Assembly: GCA_965223855.1 (NCBI GenBank)
Contig: CBDCXM010000008.1
Coordinates: 707,528-771,527, forward strand
Length of the DNA: 64,000 nucleotides
Direction of reading: 5' to 3'
Source of the DNA: Candidatus Multivoradales bacterium
Lineage (GTDB): Bacteria; Acidobacteriota; Thermoanaerobaculia; Multivoradales; JAHEKO01
Made by a program: the position numbers and the translations under genes. Each line of letters begins with the position of its first letter. Positions within the stretch are counted from its first letter, which is position 1. The notes under the pieces were generated by a model that was not told where the DNA came from, did no database searches, and worked only from the letters and a program-made list of their open reading frames with translations. Positions 1-9,402 of the stretch are shown here, one piece after another.

Positions 1-509
1 TTTCTCGAGTCACGCCTCCGGGACCTACCTGAGGATCGGGGCGGCGGGCTCACTGCGGGTTGGCCAGCGCATCGACTCGACTGCAGGTGATCGTCGCCTC
101 GTCGGGGACTGGACGCTCAGGCTCGGCTCTCGGACGAGGGACCTCCGTCCGTCCAGGTCCTCGTCCGTGGGGTTTTTCAGGCCGCCCTAGTCATCAAGAC
201 CCGGGTTGTCGGTGCCGGACCTGTCGCACCCAACTCACACTCTCTGGATCAAGGAACTCGGATGGGGCCACTACTGGACTCACCCCCGGAGACGCCGCGG
301 TCCGCCAGCGACTCGTCGAAGCACTCCCACGGGTCAGGTGTGGCCGAGACTCGATCGGGGGAACGAGAGCAGGTTCTCCTCCGGACTGCGCGGACCCTCC
401 AGAGCCGCTGTCCAGGCCTACCTCGCGAATCGAACCAGCCCTGGAGGCTCCGGAAAGACTATCGGAAACCCCAAGGCTCGACCGCTACCAGCACAGAAGG
501 GAAGACAAC

Positions 510-1691
510 ATGAAGACACTCGAACGTTCCCCCATCGCCCGAAGGACGAGGCCGGCAACAGCTCTGCTGGTCCTTCTCGGCTTGTGCTTCGCGAGTTCGC
601 CGGAGCTCGCCCTCGGCGCGGAGCCTTGTTCGGCTGGTGTTGTCGGCAACATCCACCTGAGATGCAGAACCTACTCTCAGGTCTACCACGCACTGCCTTG
701 CGGAGTGACGGGTATCGACCACCCCACCTGCGGTGACTACGACTGGGATCCGCAACTGGGCTGTCAGTTCGGAATCGGAGACTACCTGGACCCCGATCAG
801 ATCTTGGTCGAGTGGTGGGCCGACCAGTCGTGCCCGTCGTTGCAGCCCAACGAGGACTGGTGCTTCGAGATGTGGGCCTCACTCACGCCCTGCGGACCTC
901 CCGAATCGCCCGAGGACCCTGATTGCCCCGATCCGGTGGCCAGCGGTGTTTGCCAATTCAACTGCCAAGGGCTCAGCGCACAGGAGGCAGGCCTCCCTCG
1001 CTCGAAATCCTCTCGGGTGCCCCACGACTCCCACCTCTCCGACGGTCAACTACGGCAGGCCGGCCTCTCGTACGCCGCGGGCTTGGACACCGCCGGTCGA
1101 ACCGGCTCACAACCGGAGAGCCTGATCGCGGAACTTTGGAACGAGCAGTGCCGCGCGATCGTCCTGATGCCCGAAGAGTGGCAAGGCGATCCCTGGACCG
1201 CAGCTCGAGGGTTCTTCACGATCGGACGAACCTTCCCCCCGGAGGCGCTGGGCTGGCCCGGCGAAGGAGCCGGGTACGGTGTGCACGATGCTCTGCTGGA
1301 GGGGCAGCTCGGTCCGCTCGTCCTGTCTCCGGCGGGCGCCTCGCCCTTGTGGGGTGGTGAAGGCGGAAGAATCGACACGGACTGGGAGGCTCTCAAGGAA
1401 GCTGATCTTTGCATCAACTCCAACGCACTGCTGGCGTCGCCCTACTGGAAGATGATGCAAGGAGGGTTTCAGCGCAGAAGGGCGTTGGTGCGCTGCCAGG
1501 GGAACTCGGCCAGCAACGGCATGGACCTCTACTTCCATTCCTCGAACAGCGAAGAGGATTGGAAGGAGTCGGGCGCTCTCGCCAGCGAGGTCCGGGGGCA
1601 GCTCGAGGAGGTTCGCCGAAGCGGCCTTGTTCCAGTCTGTGTGACCGCCGAGTTGGCGGAGCTACGTCGAACGGCGCGCTCCGGACGCTAG
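510..1691 (+). CDS. Secreted hypothetical protein with Cys-rich N-terminal region
   Basis: ATG at 510 after purine-rich GAAGGGAAG; signal-peptide-like MKTLERSPIARRTRPATALLVLLGLCFASSPELALGA; about 11 Cys in the next ~120 aa. Start re-assigned from the ORF-track 60. Confidence 0.6.
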   Translation: MKTLERSPIARRTRPATALLVLLGLCFASSPELALGAEPCSAGVVGNIHLRCRTYSQVYHALPCGVTGIDHPTCGDYDWDPQLGCQFGIGDYLDPDQILVEWWADQSCPSLQPNEDWCFEMWASLTPCGPPESPEDPDCPDPVASGVCQFNCQGLSAQEAGLPRSKSSRVPHDSHLSDGQLRQAGLSYAAGLDTAGRTGSQPESLIAELWNEQCRAIVLMPEEWQGDPWTAARGFFTIGRTFPPEALGWPGEGAGYGVHDALLEGQLGPLVLSPAGASPLWGGEGGRIDTDWEALKEADLCINSNALLASPYWKMMQGGFQRRRALVRCQGNSASNGMDLYFHSSNSEEDWKESGALASEVRGQLEEVRRSGLVPVCVTAELAELRRTARSGR

Positions 1692-1751
1692 TCTGGACGC
1701 TGGAAGCAGCCTAATCGCAAGTTCCCTGTGGTCATGGCTGGCGACCGCATC
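1658..1751. repeat. Dispersed ~94-bp imperfect direct repeat, copy A
   Basis: Manual alignment with 9193-9284 gives about 80 of 94 identical positions, including CGTCGAACGGCGCGCTCCGG. Confidence 0.85.
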
Positions 1752-1926
1752 CACCACGGGGAGTGGGCCTATCGATTCCCCTACCGCTCTTCACGAGCGC
1801 GTACGAGACGACTCCAGCGCCTACTGCACTTCTACAATCACCATCGAATGCACCAGACACTTCCATGGACTGCCACCCATCAGTCGGCTACCCCGACCGA
1901 ACAACGTCATGGGAATCCACAGCTAG
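1750..1926 (+). pseudogene. IS481-family transposase 3' remnant
   Basis: EWAYRFPYRSSRARTRRLQRLLHFYNHHRMH, frameshift, then GLPPISRLPRPNNVMGIHS*; resembles the IS481 C-terminus (EWAY...YNHHR.H...PPISRL..NN). Confidence 0.75.
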
Positions 1927-1937
1927 CCCAACACTGG

Positions 1938-4454
1938 TCAGGGCTGCGGCGCATCGCCAACGAGCCATACGCCGGCCACGGCTACTCCGATGGGTCGCCC
2001 GTGGCGAAGGAATGTATCGCTTTGGATTGTCACGGTTGCAGCCCCCCTAAGATTAGTGCCTTCAACCGGGAACTCTCCTGACCAAGGCGCTTCGGCCACG
2101 CGTCCTTCAAACAAGGGCTTCTCGTTGACCAAGACCCTGACCAAGCTCCCACCATCTCGCACCGCCCCGAGACGTATCCTGACCGCTCGGAGCGCTCCCC
2201 GACCCTCCGCAGGGAGCGGAATCGAGAGGCGCCCGTTTCCGTTGGTCCATCGGATCACGCTTCCATCTGGGTAGATCTCAGAGTGTCTGAACCCCGACTC
2301 GGCCACCCTCGGGTCTCGTCGGACACCCAGGCGGACCCCAACGAAGCTCGGTACTTCTCCAAGACGATCAGGGATTCGCCGCAGCTCGCAGTCTCTCGCT
2401 CCCTTGGTCCATTCGAGCACCTCCACCTCATTGAATCCATTCCTGATGACCTGCTCAGGCACGATCGCTGAGAACAGAGCTCCGGCCGACTCGTGACGGT
2501 ATGGACGGGTGAAGGCCCATACCCTGCCGTTGACTGCGATGGCCAAAGCAGATTCGTGCGCCCCCGGCCCAAAGACCGTTCCTACGATCTCCGCGGGTAC
2601 GAAGCCGCTTTCGCGGTCTACCACCGAGAGTGCGTTCGGTTCCTGGAGGACGACGCTCAGCCGCGACTGCGAACTACATGGGGTGTCAGGCAGGTCCATT
2701 CCGAGGCGTTCGCTGCCGAAGGTGGGCGCCGGCCACCTGTGTTCTTCACCCGAGCCGAGCAGGATGGTCTTTAGCCTGGCAGCTTCCACGATTGAGGCGA
2801 CGGAAACGGGTCCCCAGTCCTCCACGCCAGCGAGCGGGCACCGCAGCGCTTCCCCGCCTACAGCCTCGGTGCGCAGTTGTGTCGAGCCTGCGAGGGCCGC
2901 CAGCGTCATGCTCAGGACATCCACGCTCTGAACAGGGCGATCGTCAGGGCCTCCTTGCAGCTGGCCAGGCATTTTCACGAACAGGGGAACGCCTGCGATG
3001 TCTGAGTAGTTGGCCTGGGTCAGGCCGCGAACCGGCTGGCCTGGCTGAAACGACAGGCCGTGGTCGGCCGTCACAACAAGGAGCGACTCCTCGTAGAGCC
3101 CGGAGTCGTCCAGAGCAGTCAGGAACTCCCCGAGGAGTTGGTCGACAAAGCCGAGCTGAAGCAAGTGCCTCTGCTGACTGTGCAGTGCGACCCACGGATC
3201 CTCCGGAAGGCGAGTCCAAATTCCTCCAGGTTCAATACCTCTTCGGTATTGGATACCCGACGGCAGGTAGATGTATGGCGGATGCGGTAGTACCAAGTGC
3301 GCGAACCAGAGGGTTGGGCTCTTCGTATCGCGAATGCTCGCGACTAGAGCCTGGTACTCCTGGAGTCGCTGAGCCCGGCCACCCTCGCTCTGAGGCCCAG
3401 GATGCCGCTTCGATTCAGAGAACCGGCCCCAGGAGTCGCTGATGTCCGGGAGCAGGCGGCTCGCCCACCCACTTGGCAGGATGCTGTGGCCGAAGACGAC
3501 GAGGGAGTCCAGCGACAGGGTGACGAGTCTTCTGGGGAAGGCTGCGTTCGTTGACTCACATAGCCAGGGTGGGCACAGCAGGGTTAAGGGCTCAATGGCG
3601 GCAACGTTGTACACACCGCCCAGCCGGGTGAAGAGATTCACCGGATACCCTCGAAACGTCGGCGGTATACCAGCCTCGGGGCACCGACCGCTCAGTAGCG
3701 CGGGCACAGCTTGGGTCGTCAGTGGAGCAGCGGCCGTCGCACGTCGATACCAACTCGTTTCTCGGGCAAGCCGGGCAAACGCTGGATACCGAACCTCATC
3801 GACTCTCCCCTCCGGCGTAAGTAGCGAGTTGGTTGGCAGCGCATCGAAGACGACGAACGCTATTGGCGGCCTTGTGTCCGCGCGGAGAACTGGCGCAGGC
3901 GTCTCGTGCTGCGCAGGTAGCCAGAGTTCCTTTATTCCCGGTCTCAGAAGGAACGCCATCGCGAAGACCACCGAGAATATGGCCGACAGCTGCACGAACC
4001 TTCTCGCCGGGGCGCTCGTGGACAGAACGACGCTTGCTACCCCACCTAGTCCGCAAGCTAGGGCTGCTGCTACGAGCGGCGCTGCGCCCGGGAGCGTCGA
4101 TGTAAGGCCCGGCAAAGCCCCGACAGCAACCAACAACGCGTCGCTCGATCTATGGCCAAGCCACCGCGCTCGCGAGCCAAGGAGGCCAAGCGTTTCGAGC
4201 AATGCTATCCAGACTGCGGGCACACTGGCCGAAATCACTAGGGTGAAGGCCACGACCTCGAGGCCGCGAAAGCGGTGTAGGAGGAAGAACTCCGGATAAC
4301 GACCCAGCACATCGTAGAGCGGCTGTGCAATACAGAAGCTATATAGGGCGACGACTCGGGCGAACCTCTTGCGTGCGCTTCTGCTCGCCGTCCCGGACTT
4401 CGGAGGCAAACTTGTGACGTCGCGCGCTAGTCGGCTAGGCACTGGGTCGTTCAC
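1938..4454 (-). CDS. Membrane-anchored sulfatase-like hydrolase/transferase (alkaline phosphatase superfamily)
   Basis: N-terminal TM helices, then FVVFDAL, TTQAVP nucleophile region, HLVLPHPPY, VVTADHG and VPLFVK motifs. Confidence 0.85.
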   Translation of the reverse strand: MNDPVPSRLARDVTSLPPKSGTASRSARKRFARVVALYSFCIAQPLYDVLGRYPEFFLLHRFRGLEVVAFTLVISASVPAVWIALLETLGLLGSRARWLGHRSSDALLVAVGALPGLTSTLPGAAPLVAAALACGLGGVASVVLSTSAPARRFVQLSAIFSVVFAMAFLLRPGIKELWLPAQHETPAPVLRADTRPPIAFVVFDALPTNSLLTPEGRVDEVRYPAFARLARETSWYRRATAAAPLTTQAVPALLSGRCPEAGIPPTFRGYPVNLFTRLGGVYNVAAIEPLTLLCPPWLCESTNAAFPRRLVTLSLDSLVVFGHSILPSGWASRLLPDISDSWGRFSESKRHPGPQSEGGRAQRLQEYQALVASIRDTKSPTLWFAHLVLPHPPYIYLPSGIQYRRGIEPGGIWTRLPEDPWVALHSQQRHLLQLGFVDQLLGEFLTALDDSGLYEESLLVVTADHGLSFQPGQPVRGLTQANYSDIAGVPLFVKMPGQLQGGPDDRPVQSVDVLSMTLAALAGSTQLRTEAVGGEALRCPLAGVEDWGPVSVASIVEAARLKTILLGSGEEHRWPAPTFGSERLGMDLPDTPCSSQSRLSVVLQEPNALSVVDRESGFVPAEIVGTVFGPGAHESALAIAVNGRVWAFTRPYRHESAGALFSAIVPEQVIRNGFNEVEVLEWTKGARDCELRRIPDRLGEVPSFVGVRLGVRRDPRVAESGFRHSEIYPDGSVIRWTNGNGRLSIPLPAEGRGALRAVRIRLGAVRDGGSLVRVLVNEKPLFEGRVAEAPWSGEFPVEGTNLRGAATVTIQSDTFLRHGRPIGVAVAGVWLVGDAPQP

Positions 4455-4799
4455 CGACCCGGCCTCTGAAAGTGGAAGAAGGGATTAGCCATCGCAAGAA
4501 GTAGGTCGGGTAGCAGGGAGCCGAATCTGATCTGCTCAGTGTCTTGGTATCTGCCAGCAGGAGACCTGCTACCACCAACCGTCTCGATGGCCTGGATGGT
4601 CTGCCCTACTCGCTTGAGCGCTACGGGTTCCTCGTCGTTCCTGCCCCTGTGCCGGCCTCGGCGTTTGCTACCTTCTTCCTTGACTGGAACGCGCGAATCT
4701 GACCGGGACTGGCCCAAACCTGACGCTTGCTTCCCTCCTGGCTCGTTAGTTGGTACGCTGAGGAGCAGATCGTCCGGGTGCTTCGCCAGGCCGCTTCGC

Positions 4800-5110
4800 G
4801 CAAGAAGGTCAAGGTCCTCCGTAAACACGGGATCTCGGAGCAGACCTAACTACGGGTGGAAATCGAAGTGCGGCGGCATGGAGGTCTCCCACTCGAAGCG
4901 GCTGAACCACGCTCGAGACAGAGAACCGCCGGCTCAATCGCTCGACAAGCAGATGCTGCCGGAGTGCTGGACCAAGGGTGGTGAAGCCCGCTGCGCACAA
5001 GCTGGCGGTGCGCTGGCTTCGCAGGCGTCTCAGCGTGAGCGTGCGGAGGACTTGCCAAGTAGTGCGGATTGCTTGATCGACGTGCCGCTACCGGTCCCAG
5101 CTTCAGGAGC
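4800..5110 (+). pseudogene. Degenerate IS3-family transposase remnant (orfA end, orfB start)
   Basis: RKHGISEQT*..WKSKCGGMEVS..KRL...ENRRL..LDKQML then VKPAA...VS.RRTCQV..STCRY, with stops and frameshifts. Confidence 0.75.
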
Positions 5111-5160
5111 CGCCTATTCCGCGGGAGCGCCTCTCGGCGCCAGCCCGGAGAGTAGGTGTC

Positions 5161-5584
5161 CCGGAAGGCGCGTGGATCGACCGATCGGAGCACCATCGAG
5201 CTCTCCGCCGCGGAGAGGCGAATCCGTCGAGACGCTTCGCCTCGAAGGACGGTCTCGAGCTAGCTCCGATCCCTTGCTGGGAGCAGCTCGACCAAGCCGG
5301 CTATCGCAAGCGAGTCCGCGAGATGGTCAACGCCACCGAGAAGGCGCATGAGGAGACCGGCAGGACCGAACTGGGGCGCAAGGCGATCCTGGCGCAGGAT
5401 CCTCACGACGGGCCCGAGCACTTGGAGCGTACGCCTGCACCGAGATTCCATGCCCGCGACGGCAAGCCGCATCGGGGGATGGAAGAGGCCTACGGTGGTT
5501 GGTGATCGAGTACCGCTCCGCTTCGGAGAAGCTCCGCAGAGGCCGACAGGCGTGCTTTCCCGAAGGCTGCTTCCGTCCACCGTA
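5161..5584 (+). pseudogene. C-terminal fragment of a RAYT/IS200-like transposase, paralog of 30036-30938
   Basis: EGAWIDR...LELAPIPCWEQ...VREMV...LGRKAILAQDPHD...RTPAPRFHA, frameshift near 5492, then FPEGCFRPP*; co-linear with EGVWIDR...IELSPLPCWEH...LGKQAILAQHPHD...RTPAPRFHA...FPTGCFRP. Confidence 0.85.
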
Positions 5585-5833
5585 AAACCAGCCGGTGGCG
5601 GTGAGCGCCAGGTAGCTGCAAGCTACCTCTGCGGAGGGTGGTCTCCGCCATCTCGTCGGGGATCGCGGATTCCTCCATTCGTCCAGACTCCGGAGAGGGC
5701 ACCGCGACGACCTCGAATGCCTTCGCGTCAGCGCTTCAGCAGTCGAGAAGCAGGTCAACCGCCCGGTTTCGAGCCGTGTGCCACGGCGAAGAAGCGAGCC
5801 ACGACAAGTTGGGCGAGCCGAGAAGGGATTCTC

Positions 5834-5900
5834 GATCATTCACCCGGAACCCCTCTCCCTCCCTGCCCGGGGGATCATTCACCCGGAACCTCTCTCCGGG
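5834..5900. repeat. REP-like tandem repeat, GATCATTCACCCGGAACC x2
   Basis: Identical 18-mers at 5834-5851 and 5873-5890; the second forms CCCGGA-loop-TCCGGG; related ATTCACCCGGAA at 8269-8280. Confidence 0.7.
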
Positions 5901-6338
5901 AGAGCGCTACAGCGATGACCGTCGCCGTTGCTTCAACGGGCGCGCAGAGCGCCGATGCTGAGCCCCGCCCTAGATATGTCTCGCGTCCTCGTTGCGGGTG
6001 CCGCGCAAGTGAGTGCAAACCTAGGTGTGGAGTCTCAAGACGTTGTTCGGTAGCTGGTTCCCATCTCCTGAGAGTGGACCTTTCGCCTTCTTTCTCCTAG
6101 CTCGAGGCACCCCCTCCAACTTCTAGTTGGAGCCTAATCGCTATCGACGGTTGGAACGAGTCCTGCACCCTGATCGCGGTGCGAACGATGAGTTGAGAAT
6201 GCGGGATTTGGCGCGTACCTACTGGAGCCTACGACACGCAGAACGTGGAGGTTCTGCTCTGGCGCACGAGACGTAGGCGACCCGGCAAGCACGTCGAACA
6301 GAACCGGATCCTACCGAATCACAAGAAAGGTGCTCGAC

Positions 6339-6743
6339 ATGAATCGGAAGCGTCGCGTAGGTGCTCTCGTCGTTGCCACAATGCTACTTCTTGGCGGCCA
6401 GCTCTATGCACTGGACCCCAACGGCTGCGCAGACCCCAACCACGATGACGACGACGACAAACCTCATCTTTGCGCCCTTCCAGGGGCCTGCCAGCCGGGC
6501 GACCTGATTGGCGAGCGGTGGAGCCACTTTGGATACCAGCGGTCCGGGGAGACCTGGGTCGAGTGCGGCATCCAGGGTTGCCGCGGCATCATTCGATGCG
6601 TCTGCAATGGAGCAACAAGCTATGTAGCGACCCCCTTCAAGAACTTCGTTTCGTGCGACCCAGCGGAGGAGACCTGCAAGGCAGCTGACTATCCGCCTAG
6701 CTGGGGGACGCCAGCCACTCCAGCGGCCTGTCCACCGTGCTAG
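6339..6743 (+). CDS. Small secreted Cys-rich protein, paralog 1 (11 Cys)
   Basis: RBS-like GAAAGG; signal peptide MNRKRRVGALVVATMLLLGGQLYA; motif CADPNHDDDDDKPHLCALPGACQPGD shared with 7040-7477. Confidence 0.85.
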   Translation: MNRKRRVGALVVATMLLLGGQLYALDPNGCADPNHDDDDDKPHLCALPGACQPGDLIGERWSHFGYQRSGETWVECGIQGCRGIIRCVCNGATSYVATPFKNFVSCDPAEETCKAADYPPSWGTPATPAACPPC

Positions 6744-6790
6744 ATGTTCGGGCTCCACAGTCGCGGCATCGACGGCCTCTGCCAGGGAGA

Positions 6791-6818
6791 AGCGGTCCTC
6801 TAGCAGGACCGGGCTTTT
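6791..6818 (+). terminator. Probable intrinsic terminator
   Basis: CGGTCCT-ctagc-AGGACCG hairpin followed by GGCTTTT, about 50 nt after the stop of 6339-6743. Confidence 0.5.
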
Positions 6819-7039
6819 GGCTTGCCCCGTTGAGCGCGCGCGGAGTTCCTCTTTCCTCACCCACTCGACGCTCGAGCGATCCCCTACGGGGCTCTTGAAG
6901 TGAGCGCCCGGCGCCAATGAGCCACTTGCAACAGCGTTCGCGCGCTCTGGATAGAGCGAGATCCCGGGGCCAGAACCAATTGGGAAGCAGCCCAGATGGC
7001 CTCTTGAGCACGAAAGACTTCCCTCGCAGAAAGGTCAGA

Positions 7040-7477
7040 ATGAGAAGCATAGCAATCAAAAGAAGCCTTCGTTTCGGAATTATTCTTCTTGCTCTCACGG
7101 TGGCCCCCGCACCTGCCGGGGCGGCTGATTCGAATCCGTGCGCAGACCCGAACCACGATGACGACACCGATGCCCCCCACCTTTGCGCGCTGCCAGGGAC
7201 TTGCCTTCCCGGGGACATCGTAGGCGATCGCTTCGGTCATTCCGGCGTTGGCGTCTCAGGCCTGACCAGAATCAGATGCGACCCAGGAGGCTGTCGGGGG
7301 CGTATTCAATGTCAGACTTGCGCTGGGACGACGTACCATCGCTATACCCCTCTGAAGAACTACGTGATCTGCACGTCCGAAGCGGGCAATCAGTCAACCT
7401 GCAAGGCGAGCGACTATCCGGTATCTTGGAATGCTGGTGTAACGACTGTTGCCTGCTACGAAGAAGTTTGTCCCTAG
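7040..7477 (+). CDS. Small secreted Cys-rich protein, paralog 2 (11 Cys)
   Basis: RBS-like GAAAGG, ATG 7040; signal peptide ending APAGA; CADPNHDDDTDAPHLCALPGTCLPGD; Cys spacing matches paralog 1. Confidence 0.85.
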   Translation: MRSIAIKRSLRFGIILLALTVAPAPAGAADSNPCADPNHDDDTDAPHLCALPGTCLPGDIVGDRFGHSGVGVSGLTRIRCDPGGCRGRIQCQTCAGTTYHRYTPLKNYVICTSEAGNQSTCKASDYPVSWNAGVTTVACYEEVCP

Positions 7478-7533
7478 GCTCCGCGACCAGGCCTGGCCAA
7501 GCGAGTGTTCAAGAGCTGTATGGGATTGCCGGG

Positions 7534-8085
7534 TTGATTCACGGTCCGATTCCTTTCGGTTGCGTACTCACACTGGCTGTCCTGCTCGGGTGGACGCTGC
7601 CTTCAGCTCTCCAAGGAGAGGAGGCCGATGCCTGTCGGCCTGAGGCAACGACTCACTTGGGCGAGATCAACGCCACTCTTCTATCCATCAGAGACGCCAT
7701 GACTTCTAGTGCGGAGGTCCGTCAACTGGAGCTGCTGTTTCGGCGGGCCGAGCTCGCTACAGCCAGAGTTGGAACCTTGGAGAGTCAGCTTCGGTCAGCC
7801 TACGGCGAAAGAGAGACGGTACAGCGACGGTTGGAGCTCGGAGAGCTACAGATTGTCCAGATGGCCGAGGTCAATGATCAGGATCACAAACCGATCGGCG
7901 CCACCGACAAGTATCACGCCCGACTGCTCCGACAGCTGAAGGCCACCCAGGAGAGGGTTCAGGCGCGACTTCACAGTCTAGATCTAGACATTGCTGCCAT
8001 CCAGAACGAACTGGCAGCCAAGGAGATTGAGGTCGAAGAGTGGACGGACGCTTTGGATCGACGGCTGCTTCCTGCGCCGGACTGA
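7534..8085 (+). CDS. Putative exported coiled-coil protein (start uncertain)
   Basis: Hydrophobic VLTLAVLLGWTLPSALQG followed by a long heptad-rich helical region. The ORF-track start 7183 overlaps paralog 2, so TTG 7534 is proposed. Confidence 0.55.
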   Translation: MIHGPIPFGCVLTLAVLLGWTLPSALQGEEADACRPEATTHLGEINATLLSIRDAMTSSAEVRQLELLFRRAELATARVGTLESQLRSAYGERETVQRRLELGELQIVQMAEVNDQDHKPIGATDKYHARLLRQLKATQERVQARLHSLDLDIAAIQNELAAKEIEVEEWTDALDRRLLPAPD

Positions 8086-8268
8086 CGCCGGCCGAGACAG
8101 GCTCAAGCGAGCCCAACCGGGAACCAGCGGCAAATCGTCGATCGCCAGTGTCTTGACCTGCTGAGGCCCGGCCACGAGCAAGCTCGAGGTCGCTCGAGTT
8201 CATTCGACGCGAGGAACGAGGCCACATCCGGCGAGACGGCGACTTGCGTCTGTCGTCGCCACCCGACT

Positions 8269-8293
8269 ATTCACCCGGAAGCTCTCTTCGGGA
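8269..8293. repeat. Third REP-like copy
   Basis: ATTCACCCGGAAGCTCTCTTCGGGA versus ATTCACCCGGAACCTCTCTCCGGGA at 5877-5901. Confidence 0.6.
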
Positions 8294-8517
8294 AGCTATC
8301 TTCGGGTCTGAGACGGCGACTGAATACCGGGCGCGCTGTGCGCGAGCCCCTCAGCATCCGTCTCACTTCCGAGCGGCAGCGACTTCCGAGTGTCTCGTTC
8401 CAACTAGGCAGCGGCGCAAGCCTCGACGGAAGAAGGGGTGGTCGATTCCGGCTCTCGGTCCCATGTGCCTACGCTGCAACCCTGCCGTAGCCGTCTGCGG
8501 CGCGCCGCTCCATCCGC

Positions 8518-9015
8518 CTATTGAGGAGGCATCGCTGGACCGCAACGATAGGTTACCTGGCTGTAGTTGGCCCGCTGACACGAAACCTCCTGCCCTTCGG
8601 CATAGGCCTCCACACCCTCGCAGGTGATTGGAGATGCGTCGTTGGGGCAGTTGGCCCAAGCCTTGGCTGCCGGTTCAGAACCTCCGTCTGTCCACGTCAT
8701 CCATTGGTCGCTCCACCGTCTGCCGAAGCAAGCCGTCAACGTTGGTGCGTCAGCAAGATTCACGGAGTGACAGGGCTCGTCTGTAGGGTTGTCGACCATC
8801 CCGCCCTCCTCGTCGATGCCAGGGTTGTCGGGGCCGGTTCGCGGATGGCTCCGTGCTCCGGCGTGGGGCATCCAATGAGGGCATTCGTCGTCGAAAACGG
8901 GCTCGACTTGCGCTTCAAGACTCAACCCGCAGAGAAGGGCTGCTAGTAGCGCAAGCGCCGCGGCCCAGAGTAGCCGGTGTCGGCCGAGATCAGGTGAGTT
9001 GGCATCCTGCTTCAC
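8518..9015 (-). CDS. Small secreted Cys-rich hypothetical protein
   Basis: AAGGAG RBS before GTG; signal peptide LLWAAALALLAALLCGLSLEA; 7 Cys in the mature part. Confidence 0.75.
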   Translation of the reverse strand: MKQDANSPDLGRHRLLWAAALALLAALLCGLSLEAQVEPVFDDECPHWMPHAGARSHPRTGPDNPGIDEEGGMVDNPTDEPCHSVNLADAPTLTACFGRRWSDQWMTWTDGGSEPAAKAWANCPNDASPITCEGVEAYAEGQEVSCQRANYSQVTYRCGPAMPPQ

Positions 9016-9192
9016 GGGAACTCCTTTGGACGGGGTGACGGTCGAGACTCGCTCGGGGTGCTACATGAAGACCGCGAGGGAACTGCGTTCGTTGACTCAG
9101 CAGGCTTGGAGCGAGTCAGACTCCGGAACTGTTCAGGCGCTTGCAGTTCCCGCCAGCAATCCAAGTGAGATCGATCTCCCTTGGAAGGAGTT

Positions 9193-9284
9193 GGAGCTGC
9201 GTCGAACGGCGCGCTCCGGGAGCCAGTCTGGGCGCTGAAAGCAGCCAAATCGCAGGCTCCGTGGTCCTGGCTGGCGCCCGCCTC
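9193..9284. repeat. Dispersed ~94-bp imperfect direct repeat, copy B
   Basis: Aligns with 1658-1751 at about 85% identity. Confidence 0.85.
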
Positions 9285-9402
9285 TTCGGCGCCCGGCGCG
9301 CGCTCAGACGTCGGGGATCGTCTGTCGCCGGACGCTCCCCAAGATCCTCCATGCGCCTGCGCTCCTCTTCCACTTGCCGGGAGCCTCTGGCGCTCGGCGT
9401 GA

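Noticed and set aside
60-509. N-terminal 150 aa of ORF 60-1691
   Set aside because: Low-complexity Arg/Pro/Ser-rich translation; the signal peptide and RBS point to ATG 510.
4451-4828. 125-aa minus-strand ORF upstream of the sulfatase
   Set aside because: Begins antisense to the IS3 remnant and has no recognisable domain.
6339-7477. Cys-rich pair as RiPP precursors (lanthipeptide/ranthipeptide) or C39 substrates
   Set aside because: They carry classical Sec signal peptides rather than double-Gly leaders, and no modifying enzymes are present.
1658-9284. Integron cassette array (small orphan genes plus repeats)
   Set aside because: Repeats lack RYYYAAC...GTTRRRY attC ends, genes are on both strands and no integrase is visible.
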